In this document: in pieces, positions 1 to 10,728 of the stretch | How the letters are laid out: every line of letters starts with the position of its first letter | Position numbering within the stretch: position 1 is the first letter of the stretch | Source: Mayamaea pseudoterrestris | Lineage: Eukaryota | Assembly: GCA_027923505.1 (NCBI GenBank) | Contig: BROI01000011.1 | Span: 248,001-312,000 of the forward strand | DNA: 64,000 nucleotides | Direction of reading: 5' to 3' | The notes under the pieces: model-generated | The model's input: the letters and a program-made list of their open reading frames with translations, nothing else | What the model was told of the DNA's origin: nothing | Databases searched by the model: none | Translations under genes and position numbers: made by a program

Positions 1-3000
1 AGCTGGTGTTGACGGAGGACTCTATGGAGGAAAAGGCCAGTGAACTTGTTTTACACCAAAACGAAATTGCTCGTTTGACAACAGAAGTTGAGAGCTTTGC
101 GACGAATCTCCAAGAGGCGATAACAGCAAAGGCGGCCTTGGAAAGCGAACTGCAAGAGACTATCAGCAACCGGCAAGCTTGCCAACACCAGCTATCAGTA
201 ATCACTTTAGAACGAGATAAACTCAGTCAAACAACAACCATGCAACAAGAGCTTATCTCGGCGTTGGAAGAAAAGTTGAGCAATCTTTTGCATGTGCAGG
301 AACAGCTTGCATTGACTCAGACGACACTCGTTAAAACAGAGGAGCAGCTTAACACGGAATACGAGCATATTGTCCGTCTTACCTCAGAGGTCGAGACACT
401 CACGGCCAATCTTCAAGCGACCGTCGCAGCTCAAAACAAAGTGGAATTTGAACTGCTTGGCAGTCAGCAAGAATGTATATCCATATCGTCAAAACACGAT
501 GATCTGTTGAAAGCATATGATGAACTCCAAGAGGCTGCGTCGTCACTGGAAGCACAAGTCGAAAACAGCAACCGAGACATTTCCTCACTCGCCAGTTTGC
601 TGACTGATCTAGAAGTTAAGCATCAAGCACTGGAAATAGTCCACAAAGACGCACTCTGCGATCTTGATACTATTCAGAAAAGAGAGGAGAAGCTTATTAT
701 GGAACGCGATGAACTATTAGGCAGTGTGGCAAAATTAATTTCAGATTCGTCACATACGCAGGCGGAATTGCAGGATGCGCGCGCTAACATCGAGTCACTG
801 TCGGGCGATATTCGAACTAAAGACGAAGAGCTTGCTTCTGCGTCAGCCCAGCTTCTCGAGAAAGAACAAGCCGCCGCCGACCAGAACGACGAGCTACTCA
901 AGACGCATGACTTGCTGGAATCCCTTGAGATTCAGCGCTCGGACGCTTTGCAACGAGTGAGTGACCTCGAAGATGAATTGCTGAGTAAGACAACCATGCT
1001 ATCAGACGAAAACACAGCAATGCATCATGAACTGAAAGAGAAGGACCGCTGCATCGCATTGCTGGAGAACACAGTTCAGCAACTCACCGAGTCTAGTAAC
1101 GACGCAACCGAGATAAAAGAACAATTAGCTAACTATGAAGCCGAACTAGAGCGCCTCAGACGCGAAAGTTGTGCAATGGCAGCGACGTTGATAGCGAGCC
1201 AATCAAGCGCCAAAGATGCACAAAGCAAGTCAGAATTAAAGGAGCATGAGCTCAGCAACGCACTTAGCTTGATAAATGAGCAAGAGGAAGAGATCTGCAA
1301 ATTGAAGGGCATTCCGTCTCATGCGGCAGAGCTAGCAGAAGCGCAGGAGAAATTGGCCAGTCTCAACGAAGTACTACGCGTTGAGAGGGAAGAGCGAGCT
1401 CTTGTTATGGCCAAAGCAATGGGTGAAGCAGAAAGCAACACTCAGCAGCTTCGCTCACGAGTGAGTCATTTAGAGAACGAAATCCGCCGCCTTGAAACTA
1501 AGGAAGCCTCCGCGCATGAGCTCACTAAGATGTCAGCACACCGCGAGAGCGCGCTTGAAAGTCAGGTCGAGGAACTGCAGGAAACGAAAAAGCGAGAAGT
1601 CGAAGCTCGGATCCAGCTCAACGGCACAGTTTTAGCCTTGCGCAATGAAATTGACCGAATCAAGAAGTCTGCCGATTCCGCCCAGCGATCTCTGGAGTCC
1701 ACATACAGAAGCCAACTTTTAAAGCTAAAGGAAGAACACCAAACAATGCTACGACGGTTAAAAGCTCGAGATGATGATTTCGATCATCTTTCCAAAATGC
1801 ATTCCTTGACCGATGAAAAACTTAACAATCTGAAGAAGCTGGAAGCAGAGCATCTCAAACTTCAGGAGTCTTTCGATGCGTTGAAGTCACAACTTCACGC
1901 CGAGTCCGAGCGAGCCCTTAAAAGCGAGACTGCTATGGCGGAGGCTGCGAAACTACGACATCATCTTTCCGAGCTCCAGCAATCAGCCGCGGAAAAAGAC
2001 GCGCGGATCACTAAGCTTGAAGCGAACAAACTGACAACTGCTCAAGTTGAAAAAATAAGAAAAAATAAGCTTGAAAATGTGCAGCTCAAGGAACGCATGA
2101 AAGCTATTGAGAAGGAGTTGGCATCGACGCAGCAAGAGTCATCTCAACTTCGAGATCAGCTCGCACATGCCGCCGAGTCAACTGGTGATCGCGAACAGGT
2201 CCACAAGCTAGAGTTCGACCGAAATGCTATGGGGACTCGGGTGCGCAAGCTTGAAGCTGACAAACGCCAGCTCGAACACGACCTTACGCAGATTCGCAGC
2301 CTTTTGCGACGTTTCAATATCGAGGATGACGACATTACAAAATGCATCGCTACTTTAGGCGATCGAATAGAGTCACTCGAAAACTCCCACTCCAGCTCCG
2401 GCGTCACAGCCAACAATATTGATCAGATCACGTGCAAAGTTACGGCGCTTGAATCGCAAAAGGTAGAACTGGAACGTAAGCTCCTGCGGTCGGAGTCGGA
2501 GCTGAAACGAACAACTGCGGCACTCCAAGCTGATATTGATAAGAAAAACACTTCTATATTGCAGCTGAAGCACAGCCATATGCAAGCCACAGAGGAGCTC
2601 GAGCAAAAAAATTCTCGCTTGACGAAGGAAAATCTCGACCTTTTCGACCGGATCGAAGAGTTGCAGAAAGTAGCGCGATCGAAGCAAGAAGAGCAGTATC
2701 GTCTCAAGTATTCGGATGATACAGTTGCTTTCGAGGCTTCGATTGCCAACTTAAAAAACAAGTCAAAGCGCCAACTCCCTCCCAAGAGTACCCCCTCTAT
2801 CCCCCATCAATTGGGAAGCACGTCTGCCTTGACACCTGGCAAGAGCTCCACTAATATTCGGGCAGCTGCTTTCGATAAGGAAAATGGTTCCGCCAATAGC
2901 AAGTATGAATTCAGCTTGGACAATTTATCGTCATCGGCTGCAACAGAATCGGCCAGCAAGCGTCACAAGTCATCGACTCGCTCGCCTGGTCCGCAAAAGA

Positions 3001-3050
3001 GTCCATTCGGACGAGCTCACGGCCTTGGAGGAGGATCGTACAACTATTAA
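1..3050 (+). CDS. Long coiled-coil protein, 5' end outside the window, function unknown
   Basis: ORF of more than 1000 aa running from the window edge to the stop at 3050. E/K/L/Q-rich heptad pattern throughout with a low-complexity S/P/K tail. No recognisable catalytic motif. Confidence 0.8.
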   Translation, partial: LVLTEDSMEEKASELVLHQNEIARLTTEVESFATNLQEAITAKAALESELQETISNRQACQHQLSVITLERDKLSQTTTMQQELISALEEKLSNLLHVQEQLALTQTTLVKTEEQLNTEYEHIVRLTSEVETLTANLQATVAAQNKVEFELLGSQQECISISSKHDDLLKAYDELQEAASSLEAQVENSNRDISSLASLLTDLEVKHQALEIVHKDALCDLDTIQKREEKLIMERDELLGSVAKLISDSSHTQAELQDARANIESLSGDIRTKDEELASASAQLLEKEQAAADQNDELLKTHDLLESLEIQRSDALQRVSDLEDELLSKTTMLSDENTAMHHELKEKDRCIALLENTVQQLTESSNDATEIKEQLANYEAELERLRRESCAMAATLIASQSSAKDAQSKSELKEHELSNALSLINEQEEEICKLKGIPSHAAELAEAQEKLASLNEVLRVEREERALVMAKAMGEAESNTQQLRSRVSHLENEIRRLETKEASAHELTKMSAHRESALESQVEELQETKKREVEARIQLNGTVLALRNEIDRIKKSADSAQRSLESTYRSQLLKLKEEHQTMLRRLKARDDDFDHLSKMHSLTDEKLNNLKKLEAEHLKLQESFDALKSQLHAESERALKSETAMAEAAKLRHHLSELQQSAAEKDARITKLEANKLTTAQVEKIRKNKLENVQLKERMKAIEKELASTQQESSQLRDQLAHAAESTGDREQVHKLEFDRNAMGTRVRKLEADKRQLEHDLTQIRSLLRRFNIEDDDITKCIATLGDRIESLENSHSSSGVTANNIDQITCKVTALESQKVELERKLLRSESELKRTTAALQADIDKKNTSILQLKHSHMQATEELEQKNSRLTKENLDLFDRIEELQKVARSKQEEQYRLKYSDDTVAFEASIANLKNKSKRQLPPKSTPSIPHQLGSTSALTPGKSSTNIRAAAFDKENGSANSKYEFSLDNLSSSAATESASKRHKSSTRSPGPQKSPFGRAHGLGGGSYNY

Positions 3051-3287
3051 GCTCAGTTCACTGCGCTATTGCTACCATCTCGAATTCGTTTGCAAGCGTA
3101 GCAACCGATAATAGTGTTACCTTACCAACAATCTATAGCAATACGCTCACTATGCAAGTACACAAAGTTGCTGGCAACGGTTTGATTATTTACGCTGTAA
3201 GACTCGTGAGCCAACTACGTATGCGCAATGCACCTTTTTCAATTCAATTCTTGATCCTTTGCCGGACTTCCACATTGTTTGCACTTG

Positions 3288-3809
3288 CTAATCTCTACCA
3301 CTTGCACCAAGTCTCTTGGTTGTCTTGAAGGGAAAGAAGACTGACGCCGTCTCACACTGGCTCACGCGACGACCACCCGGAACGTTGCTGCAATCAGCCT
3401 TCAACCGCGTCTTGGTGGCATCCTTGTTCTCGCTGCAAAGCTTGCACGTGTTGCACTGCGTGTCACCAATAGCTACCTGGCAAACACCATCCTCCCACTC
3501 GACGCTCACATCGACCAGCAAATGCTTGTCTGTTTCCTCCTCCGACAAGTTCAACACGTTGGTGTTGGGAGCCAGTCCCTTCCAAAACCGAAAGATGAAA
3601 CCAGTCGGTCCGTCGTAACCAGAAGATCCATCCGGATTGGTAACGGGCGACGGAGTGAACTGTGACGCCGTGGAGCAGATGCGCGAGGAAACACCCTTGA
3701 TGACGCGTGTTTCGCACTTGATGAAGGGGTCAATGGAAGCGGCGCCACCAATGAGCTGCAATGATGCAAGCGAAAGCAAGGCGCTGAACAAGAGGGACGA
3801 GCGGAACAT
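3288..3809 (-). CDS. Small secreted Cys-containing protein (~173 aa), unknown function
   Basis: Likely start MFRSSLLFSALLSLASLQLIGGAAS is a signal peptide. Several Cys in the mature part (CQV, CNTCKLC, DCSN, QCE). Confidence 0.7.
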   Translation of the reverse strand: MFRSSLLFSALLSLASLQLIGGAASIDPFIKCETRVIKGVSSRICSTASQFTPSPVTNPDGSSGYDGPTGFIFRFWKGLAPNTNVLNLSEEETDKHLLVDVSVEWEDGVCQVAIGDTQCNTCKLCSENKDATKTRLKADCSNVPGGRRVSQCETASVFFPFKTTKRLGASGRD

Positions 3810-4410
3810 GATGATGGTTTGTGCTTTTGGGTTGAGCCAAATGAAATTTGTGATTGCAATTGAGGTGTGAACATGCAAATCGATCCAACCAACTTGGATC
3901 GGAAGCTGCATGGATGGAAACATCTGGCGAGCCAGCCGGACTGCACAGATGAATCATCGTGATTTTTACTTAACAACTGTGACTGAAGACAAGCTTTGAA
4001 TACCCATGGGCATATTTGTTAGTCATGGAGGGACGGAAATTGCGCCTAATTAGCTGATAAAGGTGCGCGCGCCAACATCGCCGAACGATGAGATGTGGGA
4101 CTGAGGGGGAACGAGATAATAATTTGTTCCGGTAACGACTGAGAGCAACCGCCAAGCAGCATTACGATTCAATGTGGTCCCGGCAGCGGTAACAACTTGC
4201 AACTGCCGAGTGCCCGTGCACGTTCAAAAGGGATTCAGAAGTGTTTCGGCACAGAGAGCGAACGTCTACAAAAGCCAGGTACTGTACTGTACCAGCAGGT
4301 ATTCGATGTACTGACGGGCAAGCCAATGAACTGGCAACTGGCAAGGCTTTGATAGCGAAAACGTAGGAGAGCTGGGACAGCAAAGCTAGATAGCTAGAGA
4401 GAGTTGCAAT

Positions 4411-4474
4411 GACATATTCCGAAAATGAGACAATCGAGCGTCGACATATTCCGAAAATGAGACAATCGAGCGTC
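4411..4474. repeat. Perfect 32-bp tandem duplication (intergenic)
   Basis: GACATATTCCGAAAATGAGACAATCGAGCGTC at 4411-4442 and 4443-4474. Confidence 0.95.
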
Positions 4475-4621
4475 GCTAGCTTTCGTATCATCAGTTCCGT
4501 ACCTCGATCAAAGAGCTCGTCAAGTTTTCAAGCACAAAGCAATCAGCCGAAGCTTAAGTACCTTTCACACTCATCTATGAGTAATTCTTATCCATGCTTA
4601 ACATCAAAAACCGCCATCAAC

Positions 4622-5461
4622 TTATAACTCCTCTTTCCCGATAGCCTTGCCGATGAGAAAGAGCACAGCATAGTCTTGCTTTTGGCACCCCGCCACCTCC
4701 GGCATGATTGCTCCAGAGCTAACGGGAAAGTCTGTCAGCAAAGCTGCCTGCGGTCCACCATTATTGCCGCCATCAACCGGACTATACCGCGCACTCCGGC
4801 ACGGCAAATGGGTCACGTCGTACAAAGTTCCTTCGTCCAAATTCCAGGAACCGTCCGGACTGATAGTCAAACCCGTGATAACGTCCCGATAGCCAGTGAC
4901 CAAGTAGCGACCAGGCGTGATGGGAAACTGCGGCGCCTCCATGATCAATCCATGCTCGTCGAGCCACCAATCATTTGGATCAAACGTCCATCCACTTGGT
5001 GCAGTGTTACGTGTCTTGACTAACTTTTCGTCGTAGTCACGCAACCACACGCCGCGTGGACCAGGATCCTTGGTCCACACGCCCCAGTCGTTGGCATTAT
5101 TTCCATTGCTAGCTTTCGGATCTCCGAGCGCGGCAATATACTGCGTCGTTGCTAGTCGCTGGAAACCGGTTGGTGTGTAGAGCGTTTCGCGAAAGAGCTG
5201 TGCGGAAGCAACGCCGGATGCGGAAAGAATCAAACCTACTCCGAGTGTATTCAACATGAGGCTGCGGCGGCCTTGATCATCGGGAAATGATGGATCCATG
5301 TATGTGTCGTCGTCAAAATTGTTGTTGCTATTTGTATTGCCGAGTTGGGAGGATGATGACGAGGAGATGATTGGCAAGACGGTTCTTGATTGGATTCCAA
5401 AGCTCGAGCACAGTTGCACTAGCGGCAGTAGCTTCAACAAAATGCAGAGCTTGGCATGCAT
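4622..5461 (-). CDS. Probable plastid (thylakoid-lumen) protein of unknown function, 279 aa
   Basis: Signal peptide ending CSS-F (ASAF-like), then a Ser/Asn-rich transit region, then GRRSLM + hydrophobic stretch + ASA (twin-arginine-type signal). Trp/Gly/Asp-rich mature domain. Confidence 0.75.
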   Translation of the reverse strand: MHAKLCILLKLLPLVQLCSSFGIQSRTVLPIISSSSSSQLGNTNSNNNFDDDTYMDPSFPDDQGRRSLMLNTLGVGLILSASGVASAQLFRETLYTPTGFQRLATTQYIAALGDPKASNGNNANDWGVWTKDPGPRGVWLRDYDEKLVKTRNTAPSGWTFDPNDWWLDEHGLIMEAPQFPITPGRYLVTGYRDVITGLTISPDGSWNLDEGTLYDVTHLPCRSARYSPVDGGNNGGPQAALLTDFPVSSGAIMPEVAGCQKQDYAVLFLIGKAIGKEEL

Positions 5462-6004
5462 GCTCTTATGATTGGGAGTATCTATACGTAGCTATGACAA
5501 GCCCTGCTTGAGCGACTGATGGCCGTCGAAGAAAACGATGGATCGATGGCTTGCTCAAAGTTCTCGTGTGCGTCAGTCACGAGAGATGAATCACGTGTCG
5601 CATGCGACGCTGCAACGCAAAGTAGGCAGCAACTTCATTACGCAGCGGATGGGCTGCACCTGGACCTAATGCAGCAAGTTCTACCGACACAGCAGAGATC
5701 AGAATTGTCAAAGTACTGAGCTACGAAGAATGCAGTGCATAGACTCATCCAATTTCTGATTACTAATATTTCAAATTTGCCGATGAATAGTCAAGAAACT
5801 ATTGACAGATGCGAATGAATTGAATCCATAGTTAGTTAGCAGTAGAAACTTGTCAAGCCATTTAACTATTGACTGATGCTGCATCATGCTGTACATGGCT
5901 CCTTCTACATACCAGATACTCTTGACTGTCACTCGGTCCAGACAGAAATGGCCGAGCTCAACCGCACCCAAGCAGTACTCGTACATCACGATCTAGATTC
6001 TATT

Positions 6005-6616
6005 TCACTTTTTCACATTTTCCACAAACTCTTGAAACCGTTCGCCTGCGTTCCGCTGCATCTCCGTCTGCACTGCCACTGGCAGTTCGGCGCAGTACGG
6101 AAAGTTCCACTGCTGCTCGGGTGGTTCCACACAAGGCAGCAGTCGCGTCAATGGCGGCACCACAACATCATTGGCCAAGACGGTATGATCGCCAACGTAG
6201 CAGCAATCCTTGATAATGACGCGTTCGCCAATACTAACATGATTGCCAATGAGGCAGTGACTGCCAATGGATGCGGCGTGTATTTCGCAATGCGAGCCAA
6301 TGCTCGTGTACGCTCCAATCGAAACGGCAATCGGTTTCTTGGTTGCAACGTGATTTGGTGGTTGAATGAGCGTATCATGGTGAATGTAGCAGTGCTGGCC
6401 GAGCGTCACGCGCGCCAAATCCGCATGAATCGTCACGTTGCGCTCAATGATGGTCTTGCCCTTGAGCTCCAGTTGACTGGCGCCGTGAATCGTTGCGTTC
6501 TTTGAAACGTAAGCCTTTGTTGTCGTTGTTATATAGTCGTCGTCGAATGGATCAAACGTTTGGGATTTGTCCTCGTGCGAAGAGGAGGAAGGTTGATCAG
6601 CATCAGTCGTCGTCAT
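6005..6616 (-). CDS. DCTN5: Dynactin subunit 5 (p25), left-handed beta-helix; start codon uncertain (6616 or upstream)
   Basis: YVSKNATIHGASQLELKGKTII...IHADLARVTLG and hexapeptide repeats (IGAYTSIGSHCEIHAASIGSHCLIG...IIKDCCYV) typical of dynactin p25. Confidence 0.85.
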   Translation of the reverse strand: MTTTDADQPSSSSHEDKSQTFDPFDDDYITTTTKAYVSKNATIHGASQLELKGKTIIERNVTIHADLARVTLGQHCYIHHDTLIQPPNHVATKKPIAVSIGAYTSIGSHCEIHAASIGSHCLIGNHVSIGERVIIKDCCYVGDHTVLANDVVVPPLTRLLPCVEPPEQQWNFPYCAELPVAVQTEMQRNAGERFQEFVENVKK

Positions 6617-6752
6617 GGTCGTCGTTGGTTCTGCGATTTGTGTCGACGTCGAGGCGCGACGGCGCGGCAGAAAAAGTCGGAGCGGTAATGAACTTGCCGA
6701 TCGAGACGACGATGCCTCCATTTTCTTTTGCTTCTCCATCGCCATTATAATA

Positions 6753-7205
6753 ATGTCGCAGTCTCTCTTTGTCTACGGCTCGCTCATGGCTCCAGAAGTC
6801 ATGCAGGCCGTCATTGGTCGATTGCCTCCAAGCTGTCCCGCAACGCTTGCGGGCTACGTGCGACATCCGGTGCGAAATCAAGTGTATCCTGGCCTCGTTT
6901 CATGCAATGAACGAGTCGGCGAATCGAATGACAGTGAACAATGCAGCAGCAGCAGCAGTACACTAGGAGTCTTGTATACCGACTTGAATTCTCACGAAAT
7001 GGACAAACTCGACTGGTTCGAATCGACCGACTACACGCGCACAGCCGTGAGCGTCACTCTGCCAAACGAAGGTTTCACGCAACCAACGCAAGTCTACGTG
7101 TTTACGAATCCCATCGATCAACTCGATACTAGTCGAGACTGGAGTTTGGAGGACTTTCGAAAGCATCATTTGGAGCAGTTTCTGGGTCGATCGGCGAACG
7201 ATTGA
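6753..7205 (+). CDS. Gamma-glutamylcyclotransferase / AIG2-like protein (150 aa)
   Basis: N-terminal LFVYGSLM motif, YPGLV, LDWFE..Y.R..V, and VYV.. Confidence 0.85.
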   Translation: MSQSLFVYGSLMAPEVMQAVIGRLPPSCPATLAGYVRHPVRNQVYPGLVSCNERVGESNDSEQCSSSSSTLGVLYTDLNSHEMDKLDWFESTDYTRTAVSVTLPNEGFTQPTQVYVFTNPIDQLDTSRDWSLEDFRKHHLEQFLGRSAND

Positions 7206-7414
7206 ATCATGTCTCATGTCGCGACGCGACGAGTGAAAATGGACGAGAGGCGTAGCCTAGGAGTAGCAGCAGGTTTTATAGCAAAGTGGTAAACAGTAAA
7301 TTAACATATTGGTTCATATTTCCTATGGATAGCTGGTTGCGTAGTCTCATCGCCGGTTAGAATCAAAAAGGCATTCGTCGTTGGCAGTTGGCACTCAACG
7401 TAAACGTCACCAAT

Positions 7415-7812
7415 TCATTTGGCCCGCTTCTTCTTTCCCGCATCCAAACCAGACGCCAGTAAATCGTCAAAGTTGTCCGATTTCTTGACAATCTTTTTTG
7501 GCTTGACAGGCTCCTTATTGCCAATCAAATGGTTGGAACCGGCGTTGGCTGCGGCGGCGGCAGCCTTGGCGGCGCGCTTGGCTTCCAAGGCAGCGGCATC
7601 ACTCTCATTTCGTTGCAATGGATTGCCTTCCTGTAAACATAAGGAGAGCAATGAAGTGAGTTATTTGGTAATGCTGTTTTATCGAGTCTTATAGCTTGAC
7701 AAGGCGAGACTCGACAACGTTCGTTCCAACGACTAACCTTCTTTGTTCCCTTTTCGGCTTCCTTTGCCAGCTTCTTGGCTCGATCACGCTCTCTCTGGTC
7801 ACCCCGTGACAT
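7415..7812 (-). CDS. SERF: SERF/4F5-like small EDRK-rich protein; exons 7812-7738 and 7630-7415 (96 aa)
   Basis: MSRGDQRERDRAKK N-terminus. A GT..AG phase-0 intron joins it to EGNPLQRNESDAAALEAKRA. Confidence 0.85.
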
Positions 7813-8106
7813 GATGAAAGTGTCTTGCTCTATGAAACAGTTTCAATTTTTTGTAATGTACAATGATGCGGCGACCAATCGTCGGTCCGTTTCGCCATGG
7901 TCGAGAACGGGTGACGGCGGTTGCGTCGCGCCACGTGGCCAATAAAATAATGTCGTCTACCCACGTCGCTCCGCGATCTAAAATCATTATTACCGGATCG
8001 ACAAAGATGCGACAGCCGCCGTGCCCTTTACCGAAACCGCAGAATCCAAAAACGCAGCTCCTTTTGCTCCACTTTCCTTGCTTTTGTACAATACTACTAT
8101 TCTATC

Positions 8107-8690
8107 ATGTCCTCTGCCGATGTAGAAATGATGGACGCTGCCGCTGATACAGCCGTTGCGGTACGTGGCGCAGGATTACTGGATGAAGATCGTTTCGACT
8201 CGCCGCTCGCACGTTTCATGACATGCTTCACTCTCTAACGAATATAATTCTTTTGCGCGCGCCAACAGGAAACGCCAAAATCGGACGGTCCAGTCCGCTT
8301 TGAAATCAAAAAATGGGCGGCGGTTGCGACCTGGCAGTGGGACATTTGCGTCGATACGGTGCGTTGAATAAACACACGATGAAGGATGATGCTGCCGGCT
8401 GCGTTTATTCGCTTCTACATATGTTAATTCATATTCTAACGTTTCTCCATTTTTCACAGTGCGCCATTTGCCGCAACTCATTGAACGAGCCTTCCATTGA
8501 GTACCAAGCCAATCCAAGTTCCACGAACGACAATGGTTTGTCGATTGCCTTTGGAAACTGCGGACACGTCTTTCACTTGGATTGCATTCAGCGCTGGCTC
8601 AAGACGCGCAGCGTTTGTCCGCTCTGCAATAAGGAATGGGATTTTGCCAAGATTGAGCGTATTCCTGGTTATGGACAGCTCGGAGTGTAA
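8107..8690 (+). CDS. RBX1: RING-box protein 1 (cullin-RING ligase subunit); exons 8107-8160, 8269-8358, 8460-8690 (124 aa)
   Basis: Spliced sequence [27 protein letters not shown]...GNCGHVFHLDCIQRWLKTRSVCPLCNKEW. Canonical introns keep the frame. Confidence 0.95.
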
Positions 8691-9303
8691 AATAGTTGTT
8701 ACTTGGAGATTGAAATGGAGAATTGATTGATCCGGCAGGCAAGTTGACAATGCAGCAATTCATCGACTTTTCTTTGTCGCCAACGAAGGGCTACATACTA
8801 CCGAATGAGAGGAATAACGTCATAGTAGACTGAATTTGTATAGAAAGATACATACTACTCTACGCGTTCTTCCAACGACGCTTGACGGCAAACTCCTATC
8901 TACCGGTGACGCCTTACCTTTGCATTGGTTGCGGCGCAGGGAAGGAGTAATTTACACGTATGTAGCATCCAATATGCATCGTCAAAAACTTGGGATTGCT
9001 CACCTTATTCCACAGCGTCGCTTGCCCCGACGACGGAGACTTTTAGGTCTTGCGAAAACGACGAGCACGACTTTACGCAGACATACTTTAACAGAGCGGC
9101 AAATTAGATTAAAAGTCGCAAAATGAGTAGCATTATCTTGCTTTACTCGTAGTCGTTACGGCAATGGTAGCGGTGAATTCATTGTATTGAAACGATACAA
9201 GTGGTCGTCATGTTGATTGAACGCGCATCGGCAGCCCTACATTAAGTGTTGTCCGTCACAAACATATCGCCCTTGCCTTCAAGTGTTCTAAAGCAATCAA
9301 CGG

Positions 9304-10728
9304 TTACACTGCACCAATCGTACTGCTCTCCCGACCTGCACTCGCACTTGCACTAGCAGTCACTGACGGATCCGCTGCTGCACTCACTCCCACTCGCTCC
9401 AGCAGTAGATCAAAGTCAATGCACGGCTCGTAGTGATCCACCGTCGTGCGCACCCGATGCGAATCATCCATGTTGAGCTTGGGCGTAAAGTTGTACACGG
9501 CCTCCAACGCCACCGACGTGTGCTGCGGACACAGTAGCACGGGCGGCGCGTGCGGCATGCTCGTGACAATCTCCAACACTTGCGTAGAAATGGGATGATC
9601 CGCGCAGCCAGTGACAATCATGGCCGTTTCCCAGTTGCGGTCCTGCGTGCGCCGCATTTGTATCTGCGACTCCATCAAAAAGCCCAACAATATATCGTTG
9701 CGACTGGCGTGACAAACATATAGAGTGCGCTCGGGTCGCTTGCGCAAATTGTTTAAAAACACGCTCAGCGACGTTGCCACCAAATGCAAATCCTTGACGC
9801 GGTAGTGTCGCAGCCGATGGCTGTTCCCACTGACAATGCGCGCGCCCGGTAGGAGTTTCTCCATGTCGGCCAGCGCCGGACTTCCTAGAAACTGCCGATC
9901 CGGCACCAAGCCTAACAGTGGCACGTTCCATCGCTCGCGCAGCAGCTGCGTCATGTAGCGCTTCGTTTGCTCGTACTTTTCGGGTTGCACCTTGTTAATG
10001 ACGACTCCGGCAATGGGTACGTGGTGGGCTTCGCACAAGTGTCGATTCAGTTCCAATTCGTCGTAGGCGTTGCCCAAGCCGCCGTTGGCCACGAGCACCA
10101 TGTGCGCGTTCAGCATGCTGGCCACGTGCGCGTTGGAGAGTTGCACAATGCTTCCCACGGCGCAGTGGCCCGTGCCTTCGCACAAAATGACACTGTTGGG
10201 ACTTGTCTTGGTCAGTATGCGTTGGTAGGCGTTCATGATTTGTGTTTCTTGCTGCTGCAACGTAAACTTTCCGTCCATGTAATCCTTGGTGTAGCCGGGT
10301 GGAATGAGAATGGGCGACGTGTCGGAATAGTCCAAATGATCGAGCTGAAAGTGTGATTTGATGAGAGCGGCATCCTTGTCGACGGATATCATGTCATTAA
10401 CATGATTCATTGACATGACTTGCACCGACTGCTGGCCCACCGGTTTGATGAAACCAACCTTGTCGAGTCGCTTGGACAAGCCGCTCATGAGTGCGAGTGA
10501 CACGCTCGTTTTTCCAACATGCTGGCGCGTCGCGGAAACGTAAATGGCCTTTGGCTGATGCTGCTGCTGCGATGGTGATTGTAAGGTAGTAGTGTCGTTG
10601 ATGTTACTTGCTGCAGCAGTAGAGGTCGTGCTGAAGGAAGCGGATGCTTGGGACGGCGCGAAAATTTTGCTCCTGCAAATCACAGCAGCTCGTCGTTTCA
10701 ATGTTAAAGTTCTCATTAGTCTAGTCAT
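9304..10728 (-). CDS. BioD-like P-loop + DRTGG-type protein (resembles the N-terminal regulatory part of class II phosphotransacetylase), probable mitochondrial presequence, 474 aa
   Basis: AIYVSATRQHVGKTSVSLAL P-loop, VGFIKPVGQ, LCEGTGH, GVVINKV. Arg/Ser/Thr-rich N-terminus without acidic residues. No PTA catalytic domain visible. Confidence 0.8.
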   Translation of the reverse strand: MTRLMRTLTLKRRAAVICRSKIFAPSQASASFSTTSTAAASNINDTTTLQSPSQQQHQPKAIYVSATRQHVGKTSVSLALMSGLSKRLDKVGFIKPVGQQSVQVMSMNHVNDMISVDKDAALIKSHFQLDHLDYSDTSPILIPPGYTKDYMDGKFTLQQQETQIMNAYQRILTKTSPNSVILCEGTGHCAVGSIVQLSNAHVASMLNAHMVLVANGGLGNAYDELELNRHLCEAHHVPIAGVVINKVQPEKYEQTKRYMTQLLRERWNVPLLGLVPDRQFLGSPALADMEKLLPGARIVSGNSHRLRHYRVKDLHLVATSLSVFLNNLRKRPERTLYVCHASRNDILLGFLMESQIQMRRTQDRNWETAMIVTGCADHPISTQVLEIVTSMPHAPPVLLCPQHTSVALEAVYNFTPKLNMDDSHRVRTTVDHYEPCIDFDLLLERVGVSAAADPSVTASASASAGRESSTIGAV

